Origin: Patescibacteria group bacterium
Lineage (GTDB): Bacteria; Patescibacteriota; Patescibacteriia; UBA9934; GWF2-40-263
NCBI GenBank assembly: GCA_018814025.1
Contig: JAHJAM010000002.1
Location: 2,798-66,797, forward strand
Length of the DNA: 64,000 bases
Reading direction: 5' to 3'
Made by a program: the position numbers and the translations under genes. The notes beneath the pieces are model-generated. The model did no database searches, was not told the origin of the DNA, and saw only the letters and a program-made list of their open reading frames with translations. Positions 48,549 to 58,112 of this stretch are shown piece by piece; position 1 is the stretch's first letter; every line of letters begins with the position of its first letter.

Positions 48549-48555
48549 TATTTTG

Positions 48556-48957
48556 TCAGCCAAAAATAGTTCCCCAAAATCCTTTTTTGGTTCTGCCTGG
48601 CTTTTCCTCTTTTTTCAGGGGTTGGGATAGGGGATTAACATAAGTTGAGATGTATTGCCCGATTCTGGCCATTTCTTGCTCAACTAGCTGGCCGTCGTAA
48701 TCAGCCGAGTGGGCATGGGCGGATTGGCTGTAAGTGGCTTTTTTTTGGTCCAAGTGCAGATTGAGCTCAATTCCGTCGCCTTTAAGCGCGTAGTAAAGAT
48801 GGAATTGCGGAAATGCCGCATTGGTGAAACGTCGGGTATAGCTGATTTGGCCTTTGAAGCCGGGCTTTTCGCCGTAGCCGGCCCGGCGCAGTAAGTTGCG
48901 GGGATTGTCCGGTAACGGGCCGGGGAGATATTGTTTCATACCTTGCCATGATAGCAT
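48556..48957 (-). CDS. hypothetical protein (ORF-track call truncated at N-terminus)
   Basis: The ORF-track version (to 49083) runs antisense across tRNA-Ser, and its N-terminus 'EGFEPS' is simply the T-arm read backwards. The gene was shortened to the first ATG downstream of the tRNA. Even the shortened gene is a weak call. Confidence 0.3.
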   Translation of the reverse strand: MLSWQGMKQYLPGPLPDNPRNLLRRAGYGEKPGFKGQISYTRRFTNAAFPQFHLYYALKGDGIELNLHLDQKKATYSQSAHAHSADYDGQLVEQEMARIGQYISTYVNPLSQPLKKEEKPGRTKKGFWGTIFG

Positions 48958-48993
48958 ATTTTCGCTACAATTCCGCCAGACCTGTAATAACCA

Positions 48994-49082
48994 GGAGAGG
49001 TCGCATAGTTGGTCTAGTGCGCACGCTTGGAAAGCGTGTATACCGCAAGGTATCGAGGGTTCGAATCCCTCCCTCTCCGCCA
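48994..49082 (+). tRNA. tRNA-Ser (anticodon GGA) with long variable arm
   Basis: Acceptor GGAGAGG/CCTCTCC, D-arm GCAT..GTGC, anticodon stem CACGC/GCGTG with loop TTGGAAA, a 16-nt variable arm, T-arm GAGGG-TTCGAAT-CCCTC, discriminator G and encoded CCA. Confidence 0.85.
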
Positions 49083-49187
49083 AAAAATTCTCTGTTGAAA
49101 GCAGGGGATTTTTTATTTAGGTCAACGGCATTGTTTACGATCGTGAGTTTTACCGTCGATGAGGTATGTATGTTAGAATAAGAATAC

Positions 49188-49541
49188 ATGAAGCAATTAA
49201 CACCCGAGGAACAAGAAGTGATTCTGAATAAAGGCACGGAGCCGGCCGGATCCGGTCAATATGATCGGTTCTTTGAGTCCGGGACTTATAAGTGCAAACA
49301 ATGCGGTGCGGAATTGTATCGGTCGGATGATAAGTTTGACGCGCACTGCGGGTGGCCGAGTTTTGATCAGGAGATCGCGGGTGCAGTCAAGCGCCTGCCG
49401 GATGCGGACGGCCTGCGCACGGAAATTCAATGTACCAAGTGCGGCGCGCATTTGGGACATGTTTTTGAAGGCGAACATATGACTGATAAGAATGTCAGGT
49501 ATTGTGTGAATTCCGTGAGTCTTGATTTCGAGAAGAAATAA
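49188..49541 (+). CDS. msrB: peptide-methionine (R)-S-oxide reductase
   Basis: Two CxxC zinc motifs (CKQCGAEL, CTKCGAHL) and the active-site HLGHVF..E. Confidence 0.9.
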   Translation: MKQLTPEEQEVILNKGTEPAGSGQYDRFFESGTYKCKQCGAELYRSDDKFDAHCGWPSFDQEIAGAVKRLPDADGLRTEIQCTKCGAHLGHVFEGEHMTDKNVRYCVNSVSLDFEKK

Positions 49542-49542
49542 T

Positions 49543-50067
49543 ATGGTTCAAGTAATTGTTTTGGGCGGCGGATGCTTTTGGTGTACGGAAGCCGTATTTC
49601 AAAAGATAAAGGGGGTAACGAAAGTTGAATCTGGTTATGCGGGCGGGGAAGCGGCCAATCCCACTTATGAACAAGTTTCCACGGGCGAAACCGGGCACGC
49701 GGAATGCGTGCGCGTGGAATACGACGCCGATCAAGTCGGCTTGAATAAAATTTTGGATGTTTTTTTCGCCGTTCATGATCCCACGACCTTAAATCGACAA
49801 GGGAATGATGTGGGTACGCAGTATCGCTCAATTATTTTTTGGACTGAGCCGGAACAAGAAAAGGCAATTAAAGATTATTTGATTAAGGTTCAGGATGAGT
49901 TTAAAGATCCGGTGGTGACTGAAGTCGAAAAACTAGATATGTTTTATCCGGCCGAGGACTATCACGAGGATTATTACAACCAGAACAAAAGCAAGATGTA
50001 TTGCCGGCTGGTGATCTCGCCCAAGCTGAAGAAGGTTGAAGAGAAATTTGCCGATTGGCAAAAGTAA
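49543..50067 (+). CDS. msrA: peptide-methionine (S)-S-oxide reductase
   Basis: GGGCFWCTE active-site motif. The start was re-set to an ATG 2 nt after the msrB stop. Confidence 0.9.
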   Translation: MVQVIVLGGGCFWCTEAVFQKIKGVTKVESGYAGGEAANPTYEQVSTGETGHAECVRVEYDADQVGLNKILDVFFAVHDPTTLNRQGNDVGTQYRSIIFWTEPEQEKAIKDYLIKVQDEFKDPVVTEVEKLDMFYPAEDYHEDYYNQNKSKMYCRLVISPKLKKVEEKFADWQK

Positions 50068-50069
50068 AT

Positions 50070-51092
50070 ATGTCTTTGAGCAAAAACGAACAAGCGCTTT
50101 TGCGCCGGATTCATGTGGCTTCGGAAAATGATCCGCTCAAGCCGGAGTTCCCGCCCCATGACCCAAAATTTCCGGCCACCCCCACTTACCGAATTAAAGT
50201 GCCGGGTTTTTCCAATGTTTGGCTCAAAGATGAAAGCCACAATCCCACGGGCACGCACAAGGATCGAATGGCTTGGGAAATCGTGGTGACATATAAAGAT
50301 TTCTTGTTGGCGAAGAAAAGCGGCCAGATCAAGACGCCGCTGCCAGCCATGTCATTGATTTCTTCCGGGTCGGCGGCCGTGGCGATTCAAAGCCAGTTGC
50401 GCATGCATGGTTTGCCGGATTTAAGAGTACTGGTGGATCGGAAGCTTAATTCGGCAACTGTCAGAATTTTGGAAAAATTGGGCTGCCGGATTTATTTCAC
50501 GGATTTAAAACGCAAGCCTTTTCATTGGCGGGAGATATTGCGTTTGACCGATAATCCGAACGGCTTTGACATCACTTCCGCCGAAGCTTTGGATCCGACG
50601 ACGCGCTTTTACGACTGGTTGAGCTACGAGATCATCAATTCCTCGCCGGATTATTGTTTTATGCCCTTTGGCACAGGAAATTTGTTCGAGAATGTTTTGA
50701 ATATCAATAAAAGGGAAGTTTCCACCAAGCACCATGATCCGCGATTCAAAGGCAAAGTCCAAGTCTTGCGGCGCTGTAATTTTTTAGCGGCCACCACGAA
50801 TAATCCGCAATCTAAAGCCGATAAGCTTTTTTCCCAGCATCTGCCGTTCGTTCATTATGATGAACAATGGATTCGCCTTTATCGTTGCGCCGGTTTTTGC
50901 GGACCCGAGTCCAATGTTCATTTAATTAAAGAAAAATATTTGGAGCAAGCCATGAAGCTGGCAGCTGCCCAGGGCATTAATTGCGAGCCTTCCGGCGTGG
51001 CGGGTCTGGGCTTGTTGCTGCAGCTGCGACCGAAGATTCCCAAAACGAAAAAAATATTAATTGTCAGTACCGGAAAAACAACATTTTTATAA
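50070..51092 (+). CDS. PLP-dependent enzyme, fold type II (threonine synthase / cysteine synthase-like)
   Basis: NPTGTHKDR corresponds to the PTGSFKDR PLP-lysine motif of the PALP family. Confidence 0.55.
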   Translation: MSLSKNEQALLRRIHVASENDPLKPEFPPHDPKFPATPTYRIKVPGFSNVWLKDESHNPTGTHKDRMAWEIVVTYKDFLLAKKSGQIKTPLPAMSLISSGSAAVAIQSQLRMHGLPDLRVLVDRKLNSATVRILEKLGCRIYFTDLKRKPFHWREILRLTDNPNGFDITSAEALDPTTRFYDWLSYEIINSSPDYCFMPFGTGNLFENVLNINKREVSTKHHDPRFKGKVQVLRRCNFLAATTNNPQSKADKLFSQHLPFVHYDEQWIRLYRCAGFCGPESNVHLIKEKYLEQAMKLAAAQGINCEPSGVAGLGLLLQLRPKIPKTKKILIVSTGKTTFL

Positions 51093-51134
51093 ATTAAAAA
51101 TCCTCCGGCCTAAACCGGAGGATTATGGTTTTAA

Positions 51135-51887
51135 TTATTTTTTAACCGGAGCTTTGACTGCCTCGTAGTTTAAGAACATCACCACGAAAGCCACGGTGCT
51201 GAAGGCATAAATTACGTCCGCGGCCGTCATGGTGACAATATCGGTCACATAGTGGGCCGGAACAACGATATAAATAATATCCGGAAGCCAACTGGCAATG
51301 AAAGTGAATATGCCAATCACCAGCGTAAGGCCGAAAGTGCGCCACCAGCGGCCTTTGACCAGTTGGTAGCTGTAGTGCAGAGCGTCCAGGCCGGTTTTTT
51401 CTCTGAAGAGCAAGGCATGAATCACAAACAAGTAACTGACGGCCATGAAAATGCCGGGCAGGATCAGGAGGATAGTGGCCAAGCTGATGATTATTCCGGA
51501 CACGATTTGAATCCAAATAGCTTTGGGCCAAACCGGCAAAATGTTTTTTATGGCCTCGGTCCATTCGATTTCTTTTCCGGAGGAGCCGGATCCGGCTTTG
51601 CCGGATTTATCTATCCAGGCTTTAACCACTGAGGCGACGGCTAAGGTGGCGACCGTGCCCAGGATCAATTCCAAAAATGATTCCCAGCGGAATAAAGTGG
51701 TGAAATCGGATAAATCATCAAAATTCGGGGTCGGGGTAAAATATAGAATAATGTTCAGCGGAATGTAGACCGCTAAAGTAATGTAGAGAATTTTGGTGAA
51801 ATTTTCTCGGTAAGCTCCCCAAGATTTAGTGAGCAGAGTTTTTAAGGAATACATTCCCTTGGGCGCACTTGAGGTTTTGGCGGGCAT
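51135..51887 (-). CDS. hypothetical integral membrane protein
   Basis: 250 aa with about 6 TM segments and a Gly/Ser-rich loop. Confidence 0.45.
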   Translation of the reverse strand: MPAKTSSAPKGMYSLKTLLTKSWGAYRENFTKILYITLAVYIPLNIILYFTPTPNFDDLSDFTTLFRWESFLELILGTVATLAVASVVKAWIDKSGKAGSGSSGKEIEWTEAIKNILPVWPKAIWIQIVSGIIISLATILLILPGIFMAVSYLFVIHALLFREKTGLDALHYSYQLVKGRWWRTFGLTLVIGIFTFIASWLPDIIYIVVPAHYVTDIVTMTAADVIYAFSTVAFVVMFLNYEAVKAPVKK

Positions 51888-51889
51888 AG

Positions 51890-52684
51890 TTATTTTTTAC
51901 TTAAGAAATTCAAGATTTTTTTGGCTGAGAAAATAATTGATTTGGCCGGACTGTTTATTTTCGCCGCGGGTTTGGCGGCGCGATCAGCTTGCTTTTGTTC
52001 TTTTTTCAACCGTGTGTCTTCTTTGTTCACGGCTTTATCCGCCACGCCGCGTTTGACGTAGAGGCTCATGAGCAAGAAGATAATCATGCTGCCAAAAATG
52101 ATGGTGGCGATGTTGATCAGGAGCAAAATCAGAGCACTGCCGGCTAAGGCGCCGTCCAGCCGAGCCAGGCCAATGCCCACGGCGGAAATCGGCGGAATTA
52201 AAGCCACGGAAATGGCCACGCCCGGCAAGTGGGCCGAGAGTTGAGGTTTGATGAGGGCGAAAGACGCGGCAATGCCGGCCAGGAGGCCGATGGCCGCGGC
52301 CACGATTGAAGTGTCGGTGCGCAAGATAATTTCCTCGGTCATGGGGCCGGAAATGCCGTCGGAAAATAGCCAGGTGGCCAAAATGGCGGCCGGGATCATC
52401 AACAATAAACCTTTGAGGATGGTGAAGAAGGATCGAGCCATTAAGTGCGCATCAAACATGATGATACCCAATGACAAACTCAGGATCGGCGAAAGCAAAG
52501 GGGCGATGAGCATGGAGCCGATAACCACGGCCGCGTTGTTCATGAGCATGCCGAAGGTGGCCATGAGCACGGCCAAGATCCCCATAAAAAAGAAATCATC
52601 GCGCGGCGTTGAGTCCGCGATGAGCGATTCAATGGCTGTGTTTTTATCCTCCTCGGAAAGGGAGCGGAAAAGCGTAACCGCCAT
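51890..52684 (-). CDS. DUF389-family membrane protein
   Basis: GSMLIAPLLSPILSLSLGI is a DUF389 signature. The start was re-set to the ATG at 52684. The upstream extension in the ORF track is simply the dispersed repeat motif translated. Confidence 0.55.
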   Translation of the reverse strand: MAVTLFRSLSEEDKNTAIESLIADSTPRDDFFFMGILAVLMATFGMLMNNAAVVIGSMLIAPLLSPILSLSLGIIMFDAHLMARSFFTILKGLLLMIPAAILATWLFSDGISGPMTEEIILRTDTSIVAAAIGLLAGIAASFALIKPQLSAHLPGVAISVALIPPISAVGIGLARLDGALAGSALILLLINIATIIFGSMIIFLLMSLYVKRGVADKAVNKEDTRLKKEQKQADRAAKPAAKINSPAKSIIFSAKKILNFLSKK

Positions 52685-52763
52685 AATATAAATATTATAA
52701 CATAGGAAGTAGGGGAGAAGTAGGTGGGGTGAAAATAAAATATCTGATATACTTATTATCAAT

Positions 52764-53720
52764 ATGCTGACAAATATACTTGTATTGATTGCCGGATTTA
52801 TTCTTTTAATTCGCGGCGCGGATTATTTGGTGAAGGGCGCGGCTTCCATGGCGCGGCGCCTGGGCGTGCGCGCGTTTGTGGTGGGTTTGACGGTGGTGGC
52901 TTTCGGCACTTCGGCGCCCGAGCTGGTAGTTAACGTTTTGTCCGCCACTTCCGGATCAACCGGTTTGGCTTTGGGCAATGTTTTGGGTTCCAATTTGGCA
53001 AATATCCTTTTGATTCTTGGAATTGCCGCGATCATTTCGCCCGTGATTTTGCATCGGGGAACGGTTTGGAAAGAATTACCGCTGTTGCTTTTGGCTTCAG
53101 TGCTGGTCGTGGTCTTGGGCAGCGATATTTTTTTTGACGGCTCTTTTAGCAACATTATTTCTCGGATTGACGGAATCGTTCTGCTTTCTTTTTTTGTCAT
53201 CTTTTTATATTACACGCACGGTGCCAGCAAAGGGCAATCTGATGAACATGAACAAATTGATGTGTATGATAAGAAGAGAACCGCTATTTATTTGATCGGC
53301 GGCTTGGCGGGTTTAGCTTTGGGCGGCAAATTCATTGTGGATTCGGCTGTGTTTATCGCTCAGGCTTTCAGCGTATCCGAACATGTGATCGGGGCCACGA
53401 TTGTGGCCGTGGGCACTTCGCTGCCGGAATTGGCCACCACTATCGTGGCGGCCATAAAAAAACACACGGACATTGCCGTGGGCAATGTGGTGGGCTCCAA
53501 TTTGTTCAACGTTTTTTTCGTGCTGGGCACGACCGTGGTTATTCGGCCTTTAGCTTTTGACCACGCGGCCTGGCAGGATGCAATGATCGTTTTGGGCATT
53601 ACTTTGATTCTCTTTATGTCTTTGTTCGTGGGCAAGCGGCATCATTTTGAAAAATGGCAAGGCGTCACATTTGTGGGGATGTATCTGGCGTATATCGTGT
53701 TTTCAGTTTTTAGGGGGTAG
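52764..53720 (+). CDS. Ca2+/cation antiporter (CaCA family, YrbG-like)
   Basis: Two alpha-repeat motifs, GTSAPELVVNV and GTSLPELATTIVAA. The stop TAG is embedded in GGTAGGTAGGGAA. Confidence 0.85.
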   Translation: MLTNILVLIAGFILLIRGADYLVKGAASMARRLGVRAFVVGLTVVAFGTSAPELVVNVLSATSGSTGLALGNVLGSNLANILLILGIAAIISPVILHRGTVWKELPLLLLASVLVVVLGSDIFFDGSFSNIISRIDGIVLLSFFVIFLYYTHGASKGQSDEHEQIDVYDKKRTAIYLIGGLAGLALGGKFIVDSAVFIAQAFSVSEHVIGATIVAVGTSLPELATTIVAAIKKHTDIAVGNVVGSNLFNVFFVLGTTVVIRPLAFDHAAWQDAMIVLGITLILFMSLFVGKRHHFEKWQGVTFVGMYLAYIVFSVFRG

Positions 53721-53810
53721 GTAGGGAAATCGTCGGTAGGGCAAAGGGGCCTCGCGGCCTCTTTTTGTGTCTTGAATATTCAGGCTAAACAAGGCAAGCT
53801 AGTGATACCT

Positions 53811-55598
53811 ATGGATCAAAAAGATGAGATCAAACAAAAAGTGGATGTGGTGGAGCTGATTTCCGAATATGTTCAGCTCAAACCCGCGGGCAGTAATTCG
53901 TTTAAGGCCTGTTGCCCGTTTCATACGGAAAAGACGCCGTCTTTTCAGGTTTCCGGAGAAAAGCAAATTTGGAAATGCTTCGGCTGCGGCGAGGGTGGGG
54001 ACTGTTTTGAGTTTTTGATGAAAATGGAAGGCTTGGATTTTCCCGAAGCCTTGCGGCACTTAGGCAATCGGGTGGGGATTGAGGTTAAACGTTTCACCTC
54101 GGAAACCAGCAATGTCAGCCAGCGCTTGTCAGCCATGAATGATCTGGCCAGCAAGTTTTATCAAAAAGTGTTATTGGATTCTCCGGCCGCGCAAGCAGCC
54201 CGGGATTATCTGACCAAACGCGGTATCGGCCAGGAATTGCGAGATAAGTTCGGCATCGGGTTTGCCCCGGATGCCTGGGAAACCTTGTCGACATTTTTGT
54301 TGAAGAGGGGATTTTCCGCCAGCGAGGGCGTGCAAGCCGGTTTGATGATGAATCGGCGCCAGGGCAGCGGCGTGATTGATCGGTTTCGCAATCGCATAAT
54401 GATCTCTTTGCGCGACGCGCACGGCAACACCGTGGGTTTTACCGGCCGGCAAATGCCGGGCGATGAACACGGGCCCAAATACATGAATTCGCCTGAGACC
54501 CCAATTTATCATAAAGGAAAATTGTTGTTCGGTTTGGATTTGGCCAAGCGAGCGATTAAAGAGCGGGGAAGCGTAATTATTGTGGAAGGAAATTTAGACG
54601 TGGTGGCTTCGCATAAAGCCGGGGTGGAGAACGTGGTGGCTTCATCCGGCACGGCTTTGACCCAAGATCAACTGACATTTTTGAAACGCTACACCAAGAC
54701 CATTGTTTTTTCTTTTGATGCGGACGCGGCCGGTTTTAACGCGGCTTACAAGGGCATTAATCTGGCCCGGGAATTGGATTTAGACGTCCGAGTAGTGGTT
54801 TTACCCAAGGAGGCGGGCAAGGATCCGGATGAGGCGGTTCAAAAAGATCCGGGCATTTGGCAGCGGGCCGCGGCCAGTACCAAGCCGATCATGCAATATT
54901 TTATCGATCAAGCCGTGGCCGGCAAGAATTTAGATAATGTGGATGATAAAAAAGCCATGGCCGCGTTTTTATTGCCGGAGCTGGCTAAAATTAGCGATTT
55001 GGTGGAACGGGAACATTGGCTGCAACTAATTAGTGATTTATTGCGGACGGATATGGGAGTTTTGCGCCTAGCCGTGGGGCGCACGCCGCAAAAATCGGTG
55101 GAAAAACCGGTTGAGAAAACCCAGGCGCCGCCGGCTAAGTTATCAAAAACTCAACAGGCCGAGGAATATATTATCGGCTGTTTTATTCAGGATCAGGCTT
55201 ATCGCAGTCAAATCATTAAGGAATTGGAGGCCGAACATCTTTCCTCTGATTTGTTGAAGAAACTTTACAAAGAATTGGTTTCGCTATATAATCAGCCCGA
55301 ATCAGAAACCTCTTTACAAAAATCATTTTATTGGCGTGTACGCGATCAACTCGAAAAATCTGCGGATAATCAAACCTTGATTCCGCTTCTTGACACAATT
55401 AGTCTTCGAGGCGAACAAATGGTCGCAAATTTATCACCCAACGAGGTTTCCCGACAATTGAAGCAACTTTTGCAAATAATAATTTCCGCGGACGTGAAGG
55501 AACGGCGCGGAGATTTAGCTGCCCGGATTCGCCAGGCCGAGAGCCGGGGCGATCAACAAGCCGTGCAGCGCTTAATCGCTGAATACAATGAGCTCTAA
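53811..55598 (+). CDS. dnaG: DNA primase
   Basis: Zinc ribbon CCPFHTEKTPSF, and a TOPRIM domain with EGNLDVV. Confidence 0.9.
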   Translation: MDQKDEIKQKVDVVELISEYVQLKPAGSNSFKACCPFHTEKTPSFQVSGEKQIWKCFGCGEGGDCFEFLMKMEGLDFPEALRHLGNRVGIEVKRFTSETSNVSQRLSAMNDLASKFYQKVLLDSPAAQAARDYLTKRGIGQELRDKFGIGFAPDAWETLSTFLLKRGFSASEGVQAGLMMNRRQGSGVIDRFRNRIMISLRDAHGNTVGFTGRQMPGDEHGPKYMNSPETPIYHKGKLLFGLDLAKRAIKERGSVIIVEGNLDVVASHKAGVENVVASSGTALTQDQLTFLKRYTKTIVFSFDADAAGFNAAYKGINLARELDLDVRVVVLPKEAGKDPDEAVQKDPGIWQRAAASTKPIMQYFIDQAVAGKNLDNVDDKKAMAAFLLPELAKISDLVEREHWLQLISDLLRTDMGVLRLAVGRTPQKSVEKPVEKTQAPPAKLSKTQQAEEYIIGCFIQDQAYRSQIIKELEAEHLSSDLLKKLYKELVSLYNQPESETSLQKSFYWRVRDQLEKSADNQTLIPLLDTISLRGEQMVANLSPNEVSRQLKQLLQIIISADVKERRGDLAARIRQAESRGDQQAVQRLIAEYNEL

Positions 55599-55644
55599 CC
55601 AATTCCTATAGTTAAAAGAGGTCTTGCTCGTTGTTTTTGTTTTT

Positions 55645-56907
55645 ATGTCAAAAGATATTAAGAAGTCCGGCAAAGCCGGAGCCGGCTCCGCTGGAAAATC
55701 AGCAAAAAAGTGGAAACCTTCAGTTAAGCATGGTTCGGCCAAGCGGCCGAGGCATCAGGGGGGGAAGTCCGGGAAAGTCGGAAAAAAAGTGGTTAAAAAA
55801 GAACGCTATGCGCGCGCTTTGCCGCCAGCTCAGTCAGTGATTGACCGGCTGTTGACCAAAGGGGCGTCTCGCGGCTTCGTGACCGAGAACGAGGTGCTGT
55901 TTGCTTTTCCCGATGTCGAAGATTACATGAAAGTTTTTGATGATTTTTTGGATGAATTGGAACGGATTGGCGTACACTTTGTGGAAATGAAAGAAGGTAT
56001 CTTGGGCCGTGAGCAAGATCGAGATGACGTATACGATAAAATCCGCGTCAGCCGAGACAAGAAACGATCTGATATTCCGGAAATCAGTCAAGATTCGATT
56101 CAAATGTATTTGCGGGAAATCGGCAAAATTCCATTGTTAACCGGCGAAGAAGAAGTGGCTTTGGCTAAACGCAAAGAACGCAATGAAAAAGAAGCTGAGC
56201 GCCGTTTAATCGAAGCGAACTTGCGTTTGGTGGTTTCCATTGCCAAAAAGTTTGTGGGTAAGCAAATGTCTTTGTTGGATTTAATTCAAGAAGGCAACAT
56301 CGGCTTGTTCCGAGCGGTTAAAAAGTTCGAATATCGCAAAGGCTATAAGTTTTCCACTTATGCGACCTGGTGGATTCGCCAGGCCATTACCCGGGCTTTG
56401 GCTGACCAGTCGCGAACTATTCGCATTCCCGTGCATATGGTGGAAACCATTAACCGCTTCATGCAGATCGAACGCCAATTGATTCAAGACTTGGGCCGCG
56501 AGCCTCTGCCCGAGGAAATTGCCGCGGAAATGAGTGAAACCATTGAAAAGGTTTTGCATATCCGCAAGATTTCCCAAGATACAGTGTCGCTGGAAACTTC
56601 AGTGGGTGATGATGACGAAGATTCCAAGCTGGAAGACTTTATCGAGGATACTAAGTCGATTTCACCGGATCGAGCAGCCGCGCGCGAATTATTGAAGGAC
56701 TATGTGCACGAAGGCATGAAGGATTTGAGTCCGCGCGAGCAAAAGATTCTGGAAATGCGATTTGGTCTGACTGACGGCGTAAGCCATACCTTGGAAGAAG
56801 TGGGTAAGGAGTTTGATGTGACGCGCGAGCGCATTCGGCAAATTGAAGCAAAAGCCTTAGAAAAGATTCAAGCGCACCAGATTATTGGGAAGTTAAGGGA
56901 TTATTGA
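55645..56907 (+). CDS. rpoD: RNA polymerase sigma factor RpoD
   Basis: Regions 1.2 through 4 ([11 protein letters not shown], the [10 protein letters not shown] region 2, and [12 protein letters not shown] region 3). The start is ambiguous: the alternatives are TTG 55624 and ATG 55645. Confidence 0.9.
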   Translation: MSKDIKKSGKAGAGSAGKSAKKWKPSVKHGSAKRPRHQGGKSGKVGKKVVKKERYARALPPAQSVIDRLLTKGASRGFVTENEVLFAFPDVEDYMKVFDDFLDELERIGVHFVEMKEGILGREQDRDDVYDKIRVSRDKKRSDIPEISQDSIQMYLREIGKIPLLTGEEEVALAKRKERNEKEAERRLIEANLRLVVSIAKKFVGKQMSLLDLIQEGNIGLFRAVKKFEYRKGYKFSTYATWWIRQAITRALADQSRTIRIPVHMVETINRFMQIERQLIQDLGREPLPEEIAAEMSETIEKVLHIRKISQDTVSLETSVGDDDEDSKLEDFIEDTKSISPDRAAARELLKDYVHEGMKDLSPREQKILEMRFGLTDGVSHTLEEVGKEFDVTRERIRQIEAKALEKIQAHQIIGKLRDY

Positions 56908-56936
56908 AAAACAGGCCTTCGGGCCTGTTTTTTGGT
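56908..56936 (+). terminator. rho-independent terminator
   Basis: aaaaacaggccttcgggcctgtttttt. Confidence 0.6.
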
Positions 56937-57060
56937 ATGCAACCATTTTGTTTTAAATGCGATATACTATATGCACAGCGAAAGAATTAATGCAGACAAA
57001 GCACATGAAGCATGAGGTGTGAAAGGTGGGGTATCATCATGATGCGTCACGTTTCACGCT

Positions 57061-57708
57061 ATGTGCTCAAACAAACATATGGAAAATGAGGAGGTAATTG
57101 TCCTTGAAGCCAAAACCAATCCCGAGGCTTTCGGGCGGCTATACGACATGTATTATCAGCCAATTTTTGCTTTTGTGTTGAGCCGGATCGGAAATGTTGA
57201 GGTTTCAAAAGACATTTGCAGCGAAACTTTTTTTCAGGCTCTAAAGAACATTTCTAAATACAAGCCCAAAGGCCGCCCCTTTAAATCATGGCTGTTTGCC
57301 ATTGCCGTGGCTCAGGTGGGGAATTACTATCGCAAACGCTCTAAAATGTTGGCTATCACGATCGATGAATGTCCGGAATTGGTGGCCGCCGATATTTATC
57401 AACCTGATTTCAGTGCCATCGAAGATGAAACGGAATTGGAAATCAAGGAACAAGTTGTGCAATTGCGCCGATTGATGGGGCAGTTGAATCAAAAACAGCA
57501 AACAATTTTGACTTTGCGTTATTTTTCTCACATGACGATTCCGGAAATATCGCAAGTTATCAAAATGAAGGAAGGAACGATTAAATCACATTTGCATCGG
57601 GCACTGAAGAAATTGCACGTATTAATGACCGAAGAAGATCTAAAAAACGAATATGACTCAGCGGGAGCCACTCAATCTCGAACAGCTTTTGGAGTGTCTG
57701 GGGTCTAA
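57061..57708 (+). CDS. ECF-type sigma factor (second copy)
   Basis: Sigma70 region 2 (FGRLYDMYYQPIFAFVLSRIG...FF) and region 4 (LTLRYFSHMTIPEISQVIKMKEGTIKSHLHRAL). Confidence 0.75.
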   Translation: MCSNKHMENEEVIVLEAKTNPEAFGRLYDMYYQPIFAFVLSRIGNVEVSKDICSETFFQALKNISKYKPKGRPFKSWLFAIAVAQVGNYYRKRSKMLAITIDECPELVAADIYQPDFSAIEDETELEIKEQVVQLRRLMGQLNQKQQTILTLRYFSHMTIPEISQVIKMKEGTIKSHLHRALKKLHVLMTEEDLKNEYDSAGATQSRTAFGVSGV

Positions 57709-58066
57709 CGAGACTCCGGGCGATTCTCATCATCGATACGCGCTTCGGCGGGCCCTGTTGAAATCTCGCTGCTTCGAGGTCAATCAAATTACGGCTAAGT
57801 GGCTGAGATTGTTTACTTTAACTACTTCGGCCGTGGCCGGCGGAGCCGTGGCCGTGGCTTTTGTGCTGGTGGTGCAAACAACTTTAACCATGGATATCGA
57901 AGATCGTTCGCATACAGCCAGAAATTCATTAGCCAGTGAGAATCGGAATCTGCGCCCCATGGAATTAATCAATCAAATGAAAGTGGCGGAAATCAATGAG
58001 ATGGTTCCTTATGATGATTTGCGAAAGGTTTTTATCAAAGATATTGATTTGGCTTTTACTCGATAA
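57653..58066 (+). CDS. putative anti-sigma factor or membrane protein downstream of ECF sigma
   Basis: It overlaps the sigma gene by 56 nt in another frame. It has one TM (LTTSAVAGGAVAVAFVLVV), and the start is uncertain. Confidence 0.3.
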   Translation: MTQREPLNLEQLLECLGSNETPGDSHHRYALRRALLKSRCFEVNQITAKWLRLFTLTTSAVAGGAVAVAFVLVVQTTLTMDIEDRSHTARNSLASENRNLRPMELINQMKVAEINEMVPYDDLRKVFIKDIDLAFTR

Positions 58067-58112
58067 ATCCAGGTTAACGACGTCCATCCGCCTTACTTAA
58101 GGCGGATTTTGG

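Noticed and set aside
48958-49083. N-terminal 42 aa of ORF-track gene 48556..49083 (-), including 'EGFEPS'
   Set aside because: This part of the ORF runs antisense across a well-formed tRNA-Ser (48994-49082), and the 'GFEPS' peptide is simply the T-arm GGTTCGAATCC read backwards. I kept only the portion downstream of the tRNA, and that with low confidence.
52685-52762. Upstream extension of the DUF389 gene to 52762
   Set aside because: The added 26 residues (MIISISDILFSPHLLLPYFLCYNIYI) are the translation of the dispersed GTAGG repeat and an AT-rich spacer. The ATG at 52684 gives the conserved N-terminus.
56937-57060. Sigma70 promoter TTGTTT/TATACT upstream of the second ECF sigma
   Set aside because: The spacing between the candidate hexamers is only 9 nt, and no acceptable -35 lies at 16-18 nt, so no promoter was called.
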